Shown: positions 1 to 9,488, counted from the first letter of the stretch. The stretch is 64,000 bases of DNA from an uncultured Ignavibacteria bacterium (GCA_963806045.1 CAWDWP010000018.1:2068-66067), one strand, 5' to 3'. The notes: generated from the letters alone by a model not told the origin. Translations and numbers: made by a program.

Positions 1-458
1 CTGACAGAAGCAGGAACATAATAACATCGCTGTTTATACAGCCTGAGAAGATGGAACAGGTAAACCTGAAACTAAATGAGAAATATGAGCAGATATGCAG
101 GAACGAAGTCAGATTTGAAGAAATAGAGACAAAAGATGCAGAATATTTAATAGTTGCATACGGACTATCTGCAAGGATAAGCCATAAAGTAGTGATACTC
201 GCAAGAGAAAAAGGAATAAAAGTAGGATTACTAAGACCGATAACATTATATCCATATCCATATAACAGGTTAAACGAACTCGCAGACCAGTTAAAAGGAA
301 TTCTGACAGTAGAACTAAATGCAGGACAGATGATAGAAGACGTAAGACTTGCAGTAAACGGTAAAGTACCGGTAGAACACTATGGCAGAATGGGCGGAAT
401 CATTCCTTCACCGGATGAAGTGGAAGAGAACCTTGAGAAATGTATAAAGAAATGGTAA
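1..458 (+). CDS. 2-oxoacid:ferredoxin oxidoreductase, alpha subunit (C-terminal part; 5' end lies outside the window)
   Basis: The reading frame is open from the window edge (codon phase from nt 3). 'AEYLIVAYGLSARI...GIKVGLLRPITLYPYP...NAGQMIEDV' is typical of Kor/Vor/Por alpha-subunit C-termini. Beta and gamma subunits follow. Confidence 0.85.
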   Translation, partial: DRSRNIITSLFIQPEKMEQVNLKLNEKYEQICRNEVRFEEIETKDAEYLIVAYGLSARISHKVVILAREKGIKVGLLRPITLYPYPYNRLNELADQLKGILTVELNAGQMIEDVRLAVNGKVPVEHYGRMGGIIPSPDEVEENLEKCIKKW

Positions 459-461
459 TAT

Positions 462-496
462 CAATGATTAATGAGTAATGATTAATGAATAATGGA
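462..496. repeat. Five tandem heptamers (c/t)AATGAN just after the alpha-subunit stop
   Basis: Direct reading gives caatgat-taatgag-taatgat-taatgaa-taatgga. It lies at the start of an unusually long (~160 nt), very AT-rich spacer between the alpha and beta subunit genes. Confidence 0.8.
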
Positions 497-618
497 AAGA
501 GACAATGTATATTGAGGAATACAGAAATTTTAAAATATTTATGCTTTGATACTTTAATACTAAAAATAAAAACATTTTAACGTTTGAACGTTTAAACTTT
601 TTAACTTAAAAATTATTT

Positions 619-1501
619 ATGAGTAATAAGGAAACAAATAACATACTCGGCTCGGATGTAAAGACAGACGATGAAGTAATATTATCGGAATGTGAAAAAG
701 AAACAGACCAGGAAGACTGGATAAAGGTATACGAAAGACCATACACGCTCACAGAGACAAGATTCCATTACTGCCCGGGCTGCGGACACAGCACAGTGCA
801 TAAGATACTTGCCGAAGTGATACAGGAGATGGGAATACAGGATAAGGTAATAGGTGTAGCGCCAGTGGGATGTGCTGTATTTGCATATGACTATCTTGAT
901 TTTGATATGCAGGAAGCGGCACACGGAAGAGCCTGTGCAGCAGCAACAGGAGTAAAGAGAGTATTACCGGATAAATATGTCTTCACATACCAGGGAGACG
1001 GAGACTTGGCTGCAATAGGAACGGCAGAAACGATACATGCAATAAACAGGGGAGAAAACATTCTGATTATCTTCATTAACAATGCAGTCTATGGAATGAC
1101 AAGCGGACAGATGGCACCGACAACACTGCCCAATATGAAGACAACCACCTCGCCATACGGAAGAGATGTAACAAAAGTAGGATATCCTATGAAGATAGTC
1201 AGAACTTATATCTAATCTTCCGGGAGCATTTTATGTAACCAGGCAATCAGTTCACACAGCGGGAAACGTAAGAAAAGCAAAGAAAGCAATAATGAACGGG
1301 TTCAAATACCAGAAACTTGGCAAAGGGACAAGTTTTGTAGAAGTAATATCAAATTGTCCTTCGAACTGGAAGATGACACCGCTTCAGACAAATGACTTCA
1401 TAACAGATGAGATGATAAAATACTTTCCGCTTGGAGATGTAAAACTACCTTCCAGGGAAGACTTAAAAGGACTTGAGTCAAAAGAAGTGGAGGTTGTATA
1501 A
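619..1501 (+). pseudogene. 2-oxoacid:ferredoxin oxidoreductase, beta (TPP-binding) subunit, interrupted by a 1-nt frameshift
   Basis: The N-terminal part (619-1215) carries 'CPGCGH' and the TPP motif 'GDGD...[11 protein letters not shown]'. The protein continues in the +1 frame from ~1202 ('[30 protein letters not shown]' running into ORF 1292-1501). A stop at 1196-1198 in the second frame confines the shift to 1199-1215. Confidence 0.8.
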
Positions 1502-1568
1502 ACAATATGTCAAAAGCAAACGTAACAGATATGAAAAAGGAATAAAGGAACACAAAACAGGAAAAGGA

Positions 1569-2123
1569 ATGCTGGAAGAGATAATAATAGCAGGATTTGG
1601 GGGACAGGGAGTTCTGAGTATGGGACAGACACTTGGATATGCAGCTATGGTAGAGGGTAAGGAAGTGACCTGGATGCCATCATACGGACCGGAGATGAGG
1701 GGTGGAACAGCTAATTGCATAACAATAGTATCTGATGATACAATCAGTTCACCTATAATCTCGAGATTTGATACTGCAATTATCTTAAACCAGCCGTCGA
1801 TGGAGAAATTTGACGCCAAGGTGAAGCCGGGCGGGATAATGATATATGAATCAACGAATATATTGCATGCATCAGAGAGAACAGATATAGAGATATATCC
1901 TATTCCTGCAGCAGATGAAGCGAATAAGATGAATAATGCTAAGGTTGCAAATATGATACTTCTCGGAGCTTTTCTGGAAAGGAAGCCGATAGTGAGTTTT
2001 GATTCCATAATCGAGGCACTGAAGAAAGTATTACCAGAGAGATATCATCATCTTCTGAAGCTCAACCGTGAAGCCCTCGAAGCAGGACAAAGACTGATGA
2101 GGGAACAAATAACAAAACAATAG
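1569..2123 (+). CDS. 2-oxoacid:ferredoxin oxidoreductase, gamma subunit
   Basis: 'MLEEIIIAGFGGQGVLSMGQ...PSYGPEMRGGTANC' is the gamma-subunit signature. I chose the start at the internal ATG (1569), because the longer ORF from 1473 overlaps the beta subunit and adds a basic, non-homologous leader. Confidence 0.85.
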   Translation: MLEEIIIAGFGGQGVLSMGQTLGYAAMVEGKEVTWMPSYGPEMRGGTANCITIVSDDTISSPIISRFDTAIILNQPSMEKFDAKVKPGGIMIYESTNILHASERTDIEIYPIPAADEANKMNNAKVANMILLGAFLERKPIVSFDSIIEALKKVLPERYHHLLKLNREALEAGQRLMREQITKQ

Positions 2124-2155
2124 TAGTTTTAATAAAAATATAAGGAATAACCTAA

Positions 2156-3229
2156 ATGGAAAATATAATAGAACAAAAAACCAGCAGAATAGGAATTGAA
2201 AACGTAGATTGGAATAATTTAAGATTTGGTGTTTATTTTTCTGATCATATGTTTGTTTCAGATTACGAAAATGGTAAATGGAATAAAGGTAATATTTTAC
2301 CTTATTCAAACCTTGGAGTAGAACCTGCCAACTGCACATTACATTATGGTCAAACAATATTTGAAGGCTTAAAAGCATTTCCTTCTAAAAAAGGAGGAGT
2401 AAATATTTTCAGACCTGATATGAACGGAATCAGAATGATGAAATCTGCTGAATCTGTGTGTATTCCTCCTTATCCGGTTGAAGATTTTGTTGATGCTGTA
2501 AAAGAACTTGTAAGAATAGATAGTGATTGGATTCCTAAGAAACGAGGAGAATCCTTATATCTCAGACCATTTTCTTTTGGGACTGGAAACTTCTTAGGTG
2601 TTAGTGCATCTGATTCTTACAAATTTGTAATTATTACATCACCGGTAGCTTCATATTATGCAGAGGGTTTGAATCCGGTTAAAATTATTGTGGAGACCGA
2701 ACGAGTAAGAGCAGTTCAAGGTGGACTTGGATCAGCAAAAACCGCTGCAAACTATGCGGCTTCATTATTAGCCGGACAAAAAGCTCATAAGAAAGGATTT
2801 TCCCAGGTGTTATGGCTTGACGGGGTTCACAGAAAGTATATCGATGAAGTTGGAGCAATGAATATTGTGTTTGTTATAAATAATGAAATTGTTACTCCGT
2901 CCCTTGACAAGGGAAATATTTTAGCGGGAGTTACTCGTAATACTGTAATTACTTTAGCAAAAGACTGGAAAATGAAAGTTTCCGAGAGGGAAATTTCTAT
3001 TGATGAAGTTGTTGAAGCACATAAAAATGGTTCTCTTAAAGAAGTATTCGGAACCGGAACCGCTGCGGTAATTTCACCGGTTGGAATGCTTGACTATAAA
3101 GGAAAAGAAATGATTATTAATGATATGAAAATTGGTAGTATAGCACAAAGAATGTATGACACTATAACCGGGATTCAATATGGTGAGATAGAAGATAAAC
3201 ACCACTGGAATGTAAATATTAATGTTTGA
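2156..3229 (+). CDS. ilvE: Branched-chain amino acid aminotransferase (class IV PLP enzyme)
   Basis: 357 aa. 'FSDHMF', 'LHYGQTIFEGLKAF', 'ESLYLRPF' and 'GSAKTAANYAASLL' are typical of the long IlvE/BCAT type. Confidence 0.9.
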   Translation: MENIIEQKTSRIGIENVDWNNLRFGVYFSDHMFVSDYENGKWNKGNILPYSNLGVEPANCTLHYGQTIFEGLKAFPSKKGGVNIFRPDMNGIRMMKSAESVCIPPYPVEDFVDAVKELVRIDSDWIPKKRGESLYLRPFSFGTGNFLGVSASDSYKFVIITSPVASYYAEGLNPVKIIVETERVRAVQGGLGSAKTAANYAASLLAGQKAHKKGFSQVLWLDGVHRKYIDEVGAMNIVFVINNEIVTPSLDKGNILAGVTRNTVITLAKDWKMKVSEREISIDEVVEAHKNGSLKEVFGTGTAAVISPVGMLDYKGKEMIINDMKIGSIAQRMYDTITGIQYGEIEDKHHWNVNINV

Positions 3230-3306
3230 CTAATTTACTTTAATTAAATTAACTAATTGCTTTATTCTATTATCCATTACGAGTATAAGATGATGCAATT
3301 TCTACA

Positions 3307-4119
3307 ATGATGAAAGTAAAAAATTCTTTATTTTCGGTACTTCTATGTTTTATTTTATTGTTATCCTCTTGTTCCAAGTCTAAAAATGAAAGTGAGAGTT
3401 CAAAGCTTACCGATAATCTTAATGCAAACATTGTTAAAAAAATGGAATTATCGTTTCTCACCACAGATGACATTAATATTAAAGGTGACTATTATTACAG
3501 CAGTAATTCAAAAGATTTAAAAGAACCTTTAATTATATTAATCCATCAGTTTCGCTCTGACAGGAAACAATGGAATAAAACATTAATAGATTCATTGATT
3601 ACTAATGGCTATAAAGTTTTAGCATACGATATCAGAAATCATGGTGAATCAGGAAAATCAAATGTCAGGATAGAAGATATAATGACAAATAGGAAATTAG
3701 CCCCAAAGGATTTGGAAGCAGTATTTAAATGGGCCAAAATTCAAAATTCTATTGATTCAACAAAAATTGGGTTAGTTGGAACATCTATCGGTGCCTCATT
3801 AGCGTTATATGCAAGATATTTTTTAAATGCGAAATCAATAATCGGTATTTCAGGAGGCAGAAGAACTTTTGAAGGTTTAACCGGGATGAATGATAGGAGT
3901 ATGTCAATGATTGCCATACAAAGAATAAATTCAGTTTTTTTTATTTGTGGTTTGAAAGACAATGATTGTTTGAAAGACGAAGAATATATTATGAACAATT
4001 ATATTATGAAACCGATGCAACTTAAAGTATATGAGTCGGATAAACATGGAAAAGATTTAATCGAACAATATCCTGAAATTAATAGTTTGATTTTAGAATG
4101 GTTCAGGAATAATTTATAA
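3307..4119 (+). CDS. Alpha/beta-hydrolase lipoprotein
   Basis: It has a lipobox 'LLLSSC', a nucleophile elbow 'GTSIGAS' and a C-terminal 'DKHG' His region. The substrate is unknown. Confidence 0.7.
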   Translation: MMKVKNSLFSVLLCFILLLSSCSKSKNESESSKLTDNLNANIVKKMELSFLTTDDINIKGDYYYSSNSKDLKEPLIILIHQFRSDRKQWNKTLIDSLITNGYKVLAYDIRNHGESGKSNVRIEDIMTNRKLAPKDLEAVFKWAKIQNSIDSTKIGLVGTSIGASLALYARYFLNAKSIIGISGGRRTFEGLTGMNDRSMSMIAIQRINSVFFICGLKDNDCLKDEEYIMNNYIMKPMQLKVYESDKHGKDLIEQYPEINSLILEWFRNNL

Positions 4120-4247
4120 TAATGAAAGGAAGATATTTAAACTGGATTCAATAATTTGGGTTTTAATAATTTTAGTTTCAGTAATAATTCTTATTCTGAC
4201 GTTACTTACTTCAGTAAATTCTCTTCATAAAAAATTTATTCAGAAAA

Positions 4248-4904
4248 CTATTGAAAAGAAAGAGCGATCTGAGGATTAATCGGTATCTCACTAAGTTTTT
4301 TCTGGAGCAAATTACACATATATTTTAGATCATCATCAGAGTTTACAAAATCTAAATTGTCAGTTTCGATTGTCAGTGACCTTCCATAAGAATAGTCTTT
4401 AATCCAATCATCGTAACTATCATTAAGCCTTTTTAAGTAATCGATTTCTATTTCTTTTTCAAAATCTCTTCCTCTCATTTTTATCTGCTTCACAAGAGTA
4501 GATACGTCAGCTTTAAGGTAAACAAGGAGATCAGGAGGGGTTAAATAAGAGCACATTTCTTTAAAGAGATTTTTATAATTAAAATAATCTCTTTCTTCCA
4601 TTCTTCCGAGTTCATAAAGATTTTTAGCGAATATCTCTACATCTTCATAAATGCTTCTATCCTGAATAACAGATTTTTTTTGTTGTAAAATTTCTTTATG
4701 AACACGAAATCGATGAGAAAGAAAATAAACCTGCAGATTGAATGACCATCTGTTCATATCTGAATAAAAATCTTCCAGATACGGGTTGTCGCTAACGGAT
4801 TCAAAAAAAGCGAGCCAATCAAATTTTTTGGAAATTAGGCTTGTTAACGAAGATTTCCCTGAACCAATATTACCTGCTATGGATACAAAATATTTTCTTT
4901 CCAT
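4248..4904 (-). CDS. Deoxynucleoside kinase (dAK/dGK/dCK family)
   Basis: It has a P-loop 'GNIGSGKSS', 'ESVSDNPYLEDFY', and the 'QDRSIYED' (DRS) motif. Confidence 0.85.
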   Translation of the reverse strand: MERKYFVSIAGNIGSGKSSLTSLISKKFDWLAFFESVSDNPYLEDFYSDMNRWSFNLQVYFLSHRFRVHKEILQQKKSVIQDRSIYEDVEIFAKNLYELGRMEERDYFNYKNLFKEMCSYLTPPDLLVYLKADVSTLVKQIKMRGRDFEKEIEIDYLKRLNDSYDDWIKDYSYGRSLTIETDNLDFVNSDDDLKYMCNLLQKKLSEIPINPQIALSFQ

Positions 4905-4914
4905 AATTCAACCG

Positions 4915-5317
4915 TTACTCAGTTGCAATCTTTGATTGTGCTGGCAATATTTCAGCAGGGATTTTTTCCAGTTTCTTTTTTTCTTTAATTTTTGTTGCAG
5001 CTTTACCGGTTAATTTTCGAAGGTAGTATAATTTTGCTCTTCGGACGCTTCCTTCTTTCAGAACGTCAATTTTAGCAATTTTAGGCGAATGTAAAGGAAA
5101 TATCCTTTCTACTCCGACTCCATTCGATATTTTTCTTACGCGGAAAGATTTACTGATTCCTTCACCTTTTATTCCCATAACAATTCCTTTGAATTGCTGA
5201 ATTCTTTCTTTATCTCCTTCAATAACTTTTACCGATACAGAAATCGTATCTCCTGGGATGGAATTTGGGTAAATCTGTTTTCATTTGCGCTGCGGATACT
5301 AACTTTATTTTGTCCAT
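4915..5317 (-). CDS. rplS: 50S ribosomal protein L19, frame interrupted (a +1 shift is needed at CCC-A-GGA, nt 5254-5258)
   Basis: The minus-strand ATG at 5317 gives '[21 protein letters not shown]', which then runs into a stop. Skipping one nt restores '[32 protein letters not shown]...' and joins ORF 4915-5178. The total length is 403 nt (3n+1). It is the last gene of the ffh-rpsP-rimM-trmD-rplS operon. Confidence 0.85.
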
Positions 5318-5338
5318 TTTTTTATTATCTCCTTTAAT

Positions 5339-6046
5339 TTAAAACTTATTTTTCTGAAGATTATTATCATTCTTCAGCTTAGTTATTTTTTCAAATTTCT
5401 GTTTCGCTTTTTTGTCACGCCATTTTCTAATTTCCGCATGATTTCCTTTTAATAAAATTTCGGGGACTTTCATTCCGGAATAAGTCTCAGGTCTCGTATA
5501 TTGAGGGTAATCGAAAACTGTTTCAACCTGAAATGAATCTGTAATTGCTGACTCACCGTCTCCGAGAGCTCCCGGGATTAATCTTGAAACAGCATCAATG
5601 AAAACCAGTGAAGCAATATCCCCGCACGACAATACATAATTTCCAATCGATAACTCAATGTTCACATATTTATCAATCACTCTTTGGTCAATTCCCTTGT
5701 AATGACCGCAAATGAGAATATAATTTTTCTTTAGGGAAAACTCATTTAAAAGTTTTTGTTCAAGAGTTATTCCTTGAGGAGAAAAATTAATTATGTTATC
5801 ATAAGTATTCTCAGAAAGTAATTTATCAAGGCATCTGAAGAACGGTTCGGGTTTTAAAATCATACCTGATCCTCCTCCGTATGGTGAATCATCAATCTGC
5901 TTATAATTTCCTTCTGCATAATCTCTCAGATTATGGACGAATATTTCAATCAGGTTTTTTCTTTTTGCTCTTTCGATTAAACCGTTTGTCAAAGAACTTT
6001 CGAGAATTCTGGGGTTTGCACTTACTATATCAAATCGAATAGACAT
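5339..6046 (-). CDS. trmD: tRNA (guanine37-N1)-methyltransferase
   Basis: 'DDSPYGGGSGMILKPEP' and 'LICGHYKGIDQRV' are present, and the gene sits in the conserved position between rimM and rplS. Confidence 0.95.
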   Translation of the reverse strand: MSIRFDIVSANPRILESSLTNGLIERAKRKNLIEIFVHNLRDYAEGNYKQIDDSPYGGGSGMILKPEPFFRCLDKLLSENTYDNIINFSPQGITLEQKLLNEFSLKKNYILICGHYKGIDQRVIDKYVNIELSIGNYVLSCGDIASLVFIDAVSRLIPGALGDGESAITDSFQVETVFDYPQYTRPETYSGMKVPEILLKGNHAEIRKWRDKKAKQKFEKITKLKNDNNLQKNKF

Positions 6047-6598
6047 TTAAATATCGATTAAACCCTCTATATTTTTAACATCGACTCTTTTTTCATCAAT
6101 ATCAATCTTAATTATAAATTCTTCCCGGACAGGAATAAACAATTCCTTCTCTGATTCAGTTTTCACTAATAATAAATCATCTCCTCCATAATTTTCAACT
6201 TTTGAAATATTCCCGATGTATTTATTTTCAGCGAATACCAAAGCATCGATTATTTCATGATAATAAAATCCATTTTTATCCAGGTTCACTTTTTCACTAT
6301 CGTATATACTTACAAATTTGTTGACGAGCTCAGTAACATCATCAATAGTGTCAAAACTTTTAAACTTTATTTTATAAACATTATTGTGCGAAGAAAATTC
6401 CTCTATTTCAAAATTTTCGCAATTGTTATGTTTATTAGTTAATAATTGTTTTTTTTCATCGTCAACCAAAAAAACCTTATTCCTGACCTTGAACCTTTCA
6501 GGAAAATCAGTCAAAGATAACATTTTCAAAGAACCTTTAAGCCCTGTTGTCTTTGATAATTTTCCGATGAATATTAAATTCTTAAAATCAGGCAACAA
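6047..6598 (-). CDS. rimM: 16S rRNA processing protein RimM
   Basis: 'IGKLSKTTGLKGSLK' marks the N-terminal domain and the C-terminus is PRC-barrel-like. Operon context supports the call. Confidence 0.85.
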   Translation of the reverse strand: MLPDFKNLIFIGKLSKTTGLKGSLKMLSLTDFPERFKVRNKVFLVDDEKKQLLTNKHNNCENFEIEEFSSHNNVYKIKFKSFDTIDDVTELVNKFVSIYDSEKVNLDKNGFYYHEIIDALVFAENKYIGNISKVENYGGDDLLLVKTESEKELFIPVREEFIIKIDIDEKRVDVKNIEGLIDI

Positions 6599-6853
6599 TT
6601 ATTGACTTATTGGACTAACAACTTTATCAGGAATTTCCAAAGCAACTTTCTTTTTTGCTTTAGCGCCTATAGCTGACAAAAGAACTCTCATTGCTTTTGC
6701 GTTTCTACCGGCTCTTCCAATAACTTTTCCGATTTCTTTATCATCTACAAACAATTTAAGTAGAATTTTTCCATCGTTTTCCGTTTCATCTATCTTCACA
6801 GCATCAGGATTATCGACCAGATGTTTTGCAATAAATTCTAAAAATTCCTTCAT
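6599..6853 (-). CDS. KH-domain RNA-binding protein (UPF0109/YlqC-like)
   Basis: It has the 'GKVIGRAGRNAKAMR' GXXG KH motif and sits in the conserved slot between rpsP and rimM. Confidence 0.8.
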   Translation of the reverse strand: MKEFLEFIAKHLVDNPDAVKIDETENDGKILLKLFVDDKEIGKVIGRAGRNAKAMRVLLSAIGAKAKKKVALEIPDKVVSPISQ

Positions 6854-6923
6854 ATAGAACCTCCTGTTGAATTTATTTTGATAAAAATGTTTAAAAGAAA
6901 AAACTTATAATTCTATTGTTTAT

Positions 6924-7334
6924 TTAAGTTTCAGTTTTATTTTCAGTTTCTTTTTTCTTGCTTGCTTTCCGCGTTTTCACCCTGAGCTTTCTTGCTTTTT
7001 CGTTTTCGTGTTTGCTATTTTTAGATTCTAAAAAACCGGTCATTTTTTCTTCGATTAGATTTTTATCAAGCCCTTTTTTAGAAAGGTATCTTTTCAAAAT
7101 GATACCCTCTCTTTTTAGCAGACTCCTGACGGTTTCAGTCGGCTGGGCACCATCATTAAGCCAGTTATTTATTTTTGTCTCATTAAATTTTATTTCCATC
7201 GGATCAGTATTAGGATTATAAAATCCTACTGCTTCAATAAATCTTCCATCTCTGGGTGATCTCGCATCTGCTGCTACAATTTTATAGATAGGCTTTTTTT
7301 TCTTGCCCATTCTTCTTAATCTGAGTTTTACCAA
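6924..7334 (-). CDS. rpsP: 30S ribosomal protein S16 with a basic C-terminal extension
   Basis: The sequence begins '[41 protein letters not shown]'. Confidence 0.95.
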   Translation of the reverse strand: MVKLRLRRMGKKKKPIYKIVAADARSPRDGRFIEAVGFYNPNTDPMEIKFNETKINNWLNDGAQPTETVRSLLKREGIILKRYLSKKGLDKNLIEEKMTGFLESKNSKHENEKARKLRVKTRKASKKKETENKTET

Positions 7335-7407
7335 TTTGTTTGATGCCTCCTTTTAGGTTTTACCTAAATATATAATAAATTAATTAAAATTTTAAGGTTT
7401 TTATAAT

Positions 7408-8751
7408 TTACATCTTATTTAAAAAATTATTGGGAATATTCATTTTCCTCATCACATTTTTCATATTTCCTTTGCTAAACCCTTTTATCATTTTCTGCAT
7501 TTCATCGAATTGTTTAATAATCCTGTTAACTTCCTGAATCGTTGTTCCGCTTCCATTTGCAATTCTTCTTCTTCTCATTCCGTTCAAAATATTCGGGCTT
7601 TGCCTTTCTTTCATTGTCATCGATAAAATTATAGCTTCTGTCCTTTGAAACAATTTTTCATCAATTTCTTTTCCTTTTAACGCATTACTGGCTCCCGGAA
7701 TCATTGAAAGAAGGCTATTCAGAGAACCCATCTTTTTGATTTGCCTTATTTGTGCCAGAAAATCCTCAAAATCAAATTTATTTTTCTTTAATTTTTCTTC
7801 TAATTTCTCAGATTCATTAATATCAAATTCTTGCTGAGCTTTTTCAACAAATGAAATTATATCCCCTTTTCCAAGAATTCTTGATGCCATTCTATCTGGA
7901 AAAAACTGTTCCAAAGCTTCGAGTTTTTCCCCGATACTTACAAATTTAATGGGTTTATTTACCACTGCTCTTATAGACAATGCGGCTCCACCCCTTGTAT
8001 CACCATCTAACTTCGTAAGGACAATACCATCATATTCTAATTTATCATGGAAAGCTTTAGCTGTATTAACTGCGTCCTGGCCTGTCATAGCATCCACAAT
8101 GAAGAGAATTTCAGCAGGATTAAGTTTATTTTTTAAATTAGAAACCTCATTCATCATAACTTCATCTATAGCTAATCTTCCGGCAGTATCGATTATTAAT
8201 GTATCTTTGGCATTCTTTCTGCAAAAATCTTCAGCTTGTTGGGCTATTTCTACAGGATTTTTACTATCAAATGATATCACAGGAATGTCAATTTGTTTTC
8301 CCAATACTTTCAGCTGTTCAATTGCAGCAGGTCTATAAATATCGCATGCAGCCAGAACCGGGTTTTTTCCTTTAGATTTAAGATGTTTAGCTAACTTAGC
8401 ACAAAATGTTGTTTTTCCAGAGCCTTGTAAACCAACAGCCATTATCAGAGAAGGTATAGAATTTGAATATTTTAATTCTGCCTTTTCTGAACCCATCAAT
8501 TTTATAAGTTCATCATTTATTATTTTAACGATGAGCTGACCTGGTGTTATACTGTTGAGTACATTTTGTCCTAAAGATCTTATTTTCACTTCCTGTAAAA
8601 ACTTCGTAACAACTTTATAATTAACATCAGCATCGAATAAAACACGGCGGATTTCACGTAGAGATTCATCAACATTTTTTTCAGTGATTTTACCCTGACC
8701 GCGAATCTTCTTTAAAACGCCTTCTAATTTATTCGATAAATCTTCAAACAT
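7408..8751 (-). CDS. ffh: Signal recognition particle protein Ffh
   Basis: 'MFEDLSNKLEGVLKKIRG', 'GLQGSGKTT', 'DTAGR', 'TKLDGD' and an M-domain are all present. I took the start at the internal ATG (8751). The 18-codon hydrophobic extension up to 8805 is unlikely to be real. Confidence 0.95.
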   Translation of the reverse strand: MFEDLSNKLEGVLKKIRGQGKITEKNVDESLREIRRVLFDADVNYKVVTKFLQEVKIRSLGQNVLNSITPGQLIVKIINDELIKLMGSEKAELKYSNSIPSLIMAVGLQGSGKTTFCAKLAKHLKSKGKNPVLAACDIYRPAAIEQLKVLGKQIDIPVISFDSKNPVEIAQQAEDFCRKNAKDTLIIDTAGRLAIDEVMMNEVSNLKNKLNPAEILFIVDAMTGQDAVNTAKAFHDKLEYDGIVLTKLDGDTRGGAALSIRAVVNKPIKFVSIGEKLEALEQFFPDRMASRILGKGDIISFVEKAQQEFDINESEKLEEKLKKNKFDFEDFLAQIRQIKKMGSLNSLLSMIPGASNALKGKEIDEKLFQRTEAIILSMTMKERQSPNILNGMRRRRIANGSGTTIQEVNRIIKQFDEMQKMIKGFSKGNMKNVMRKMNIPNNFLNKM

Positions 8752-8905
8752 AAGTACAAATACTAGTAAAACAAACAATTTACATATTTTATTAATATTT
8801 TTCAAGGAATTTACCGCAGTTGATTTTTATTAATTTGAAAGTAATTTCAATTAACAGTATTTTTGTATCTTTATTAAATATCTTACTAAAAAATACATAA
8901 TTAGA

Positions 8906-9484
8906 TTGGATTTTCTAAAATGTGGAGTTGATGAATCGGGACGGGGACCATTAGCTGGTCCGGTTGTAATTGCTGCGGTAATATTCGATGTTCGAAAACG
9001 TATATCAGGAGTCAAAGATTCTAAAAAATTAACCGCAAACCAAAGAGAAGATTTATATTTTAAAATTCTTGATCAATGCAAAGAATTTTCAGTTTCTATA
9101 ATTCATAATTGTGTCATTGATAAAATTAACATTTTACAGGCAACAATGGCTGGAATGGAAAATTGTTTGAACTTGCTGGATTGTTCGAAAATCAAAATTT
9201 TTATTGACGGGAATTATTTCAAATTTGATAATAATCGGCATTCTAAATATAATTATGAAACTATAATTAAAGGAGATGAAAAGATTTTTGAAATTTCCTG
9301 TGCATCAATTATAGCAAAAGTTACCCGGGACAGGTTGATGAGAGATTTCCATGAGAAATTTCCGGGTTATAAACTAAATTCAAATAAAGGATATCCGACA
9401 AAAGAACATATTAATGCAGTAAATTTATTGGGAACTACTGAAATTCATCGTTTGTCCTTTTGTAAAAAATTTTTAGCGATTTAA
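8906..9484 (+). CDS. rnhB: Ribonuclease HII
   Basis: It has 'GVDESGRGPLAGPVV' and 'DSKKL'. The start codon is TTG. Confidence 0.9.
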   Translation: MDFLKCGVDESGRGPLAGPVVIAAVIFDVRKRISGVKDSKKLTANQREDLYFKILDQCKEFSVSIIHNCVIDKINILQATMAGMENCLNLLDCSKIKIFIDGNYFKFDNNRHSKYNYETIIKGDEKIFEISCASIIAKVTRDRLMRDFHEKFPGYKLNSNKGYPTKEHINAVNLLGTTEIHRLSFCKKFLAI

Positions 9485-9488
9485 TAGT

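Noticed and set aside
682-2008. Antisense ORFs in the track opposite the oxidoreductase genes (682-924, 749-946, 891-1082, 1478-2008). Many similar ones occur elsewhere, e.g. 7949-8338, 27501-27968, 31185-31742, 41394-41702 and 45371-45607.
   Set aside because: They lie entirely inside strongly supported genes on the other strand. Their translations are low-complexity or hydrophobic and they have no motifs. These are typical shadow ORFs.
4122-4279. A possible small TM protein ('...LDSIIWVLIILVSVIILILTLLTSVNSLHKKFIQK...') downstream of the hydrolase.
   Set aside because: The hydrophobic frame has no ATG, GTG or TTG start. It would need yet another frameshift from the ATG at 4122, and it overlaps the 3' end of the convergent kinase gene. 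This cannot be supported from sequence alone.
8752-8805. N-terminal extensions suggested by the longest ORFs: ffh to 8805, argS to 49091, the gamma subunit from 1473, ybeY from 58201 and topA from 58777.
   Set aside because: The extensions are non-homologous, basic or hydrophobic leaders that overlap upstream genes. Internal ATG/GTG starts coincide with the conserved N-termini.
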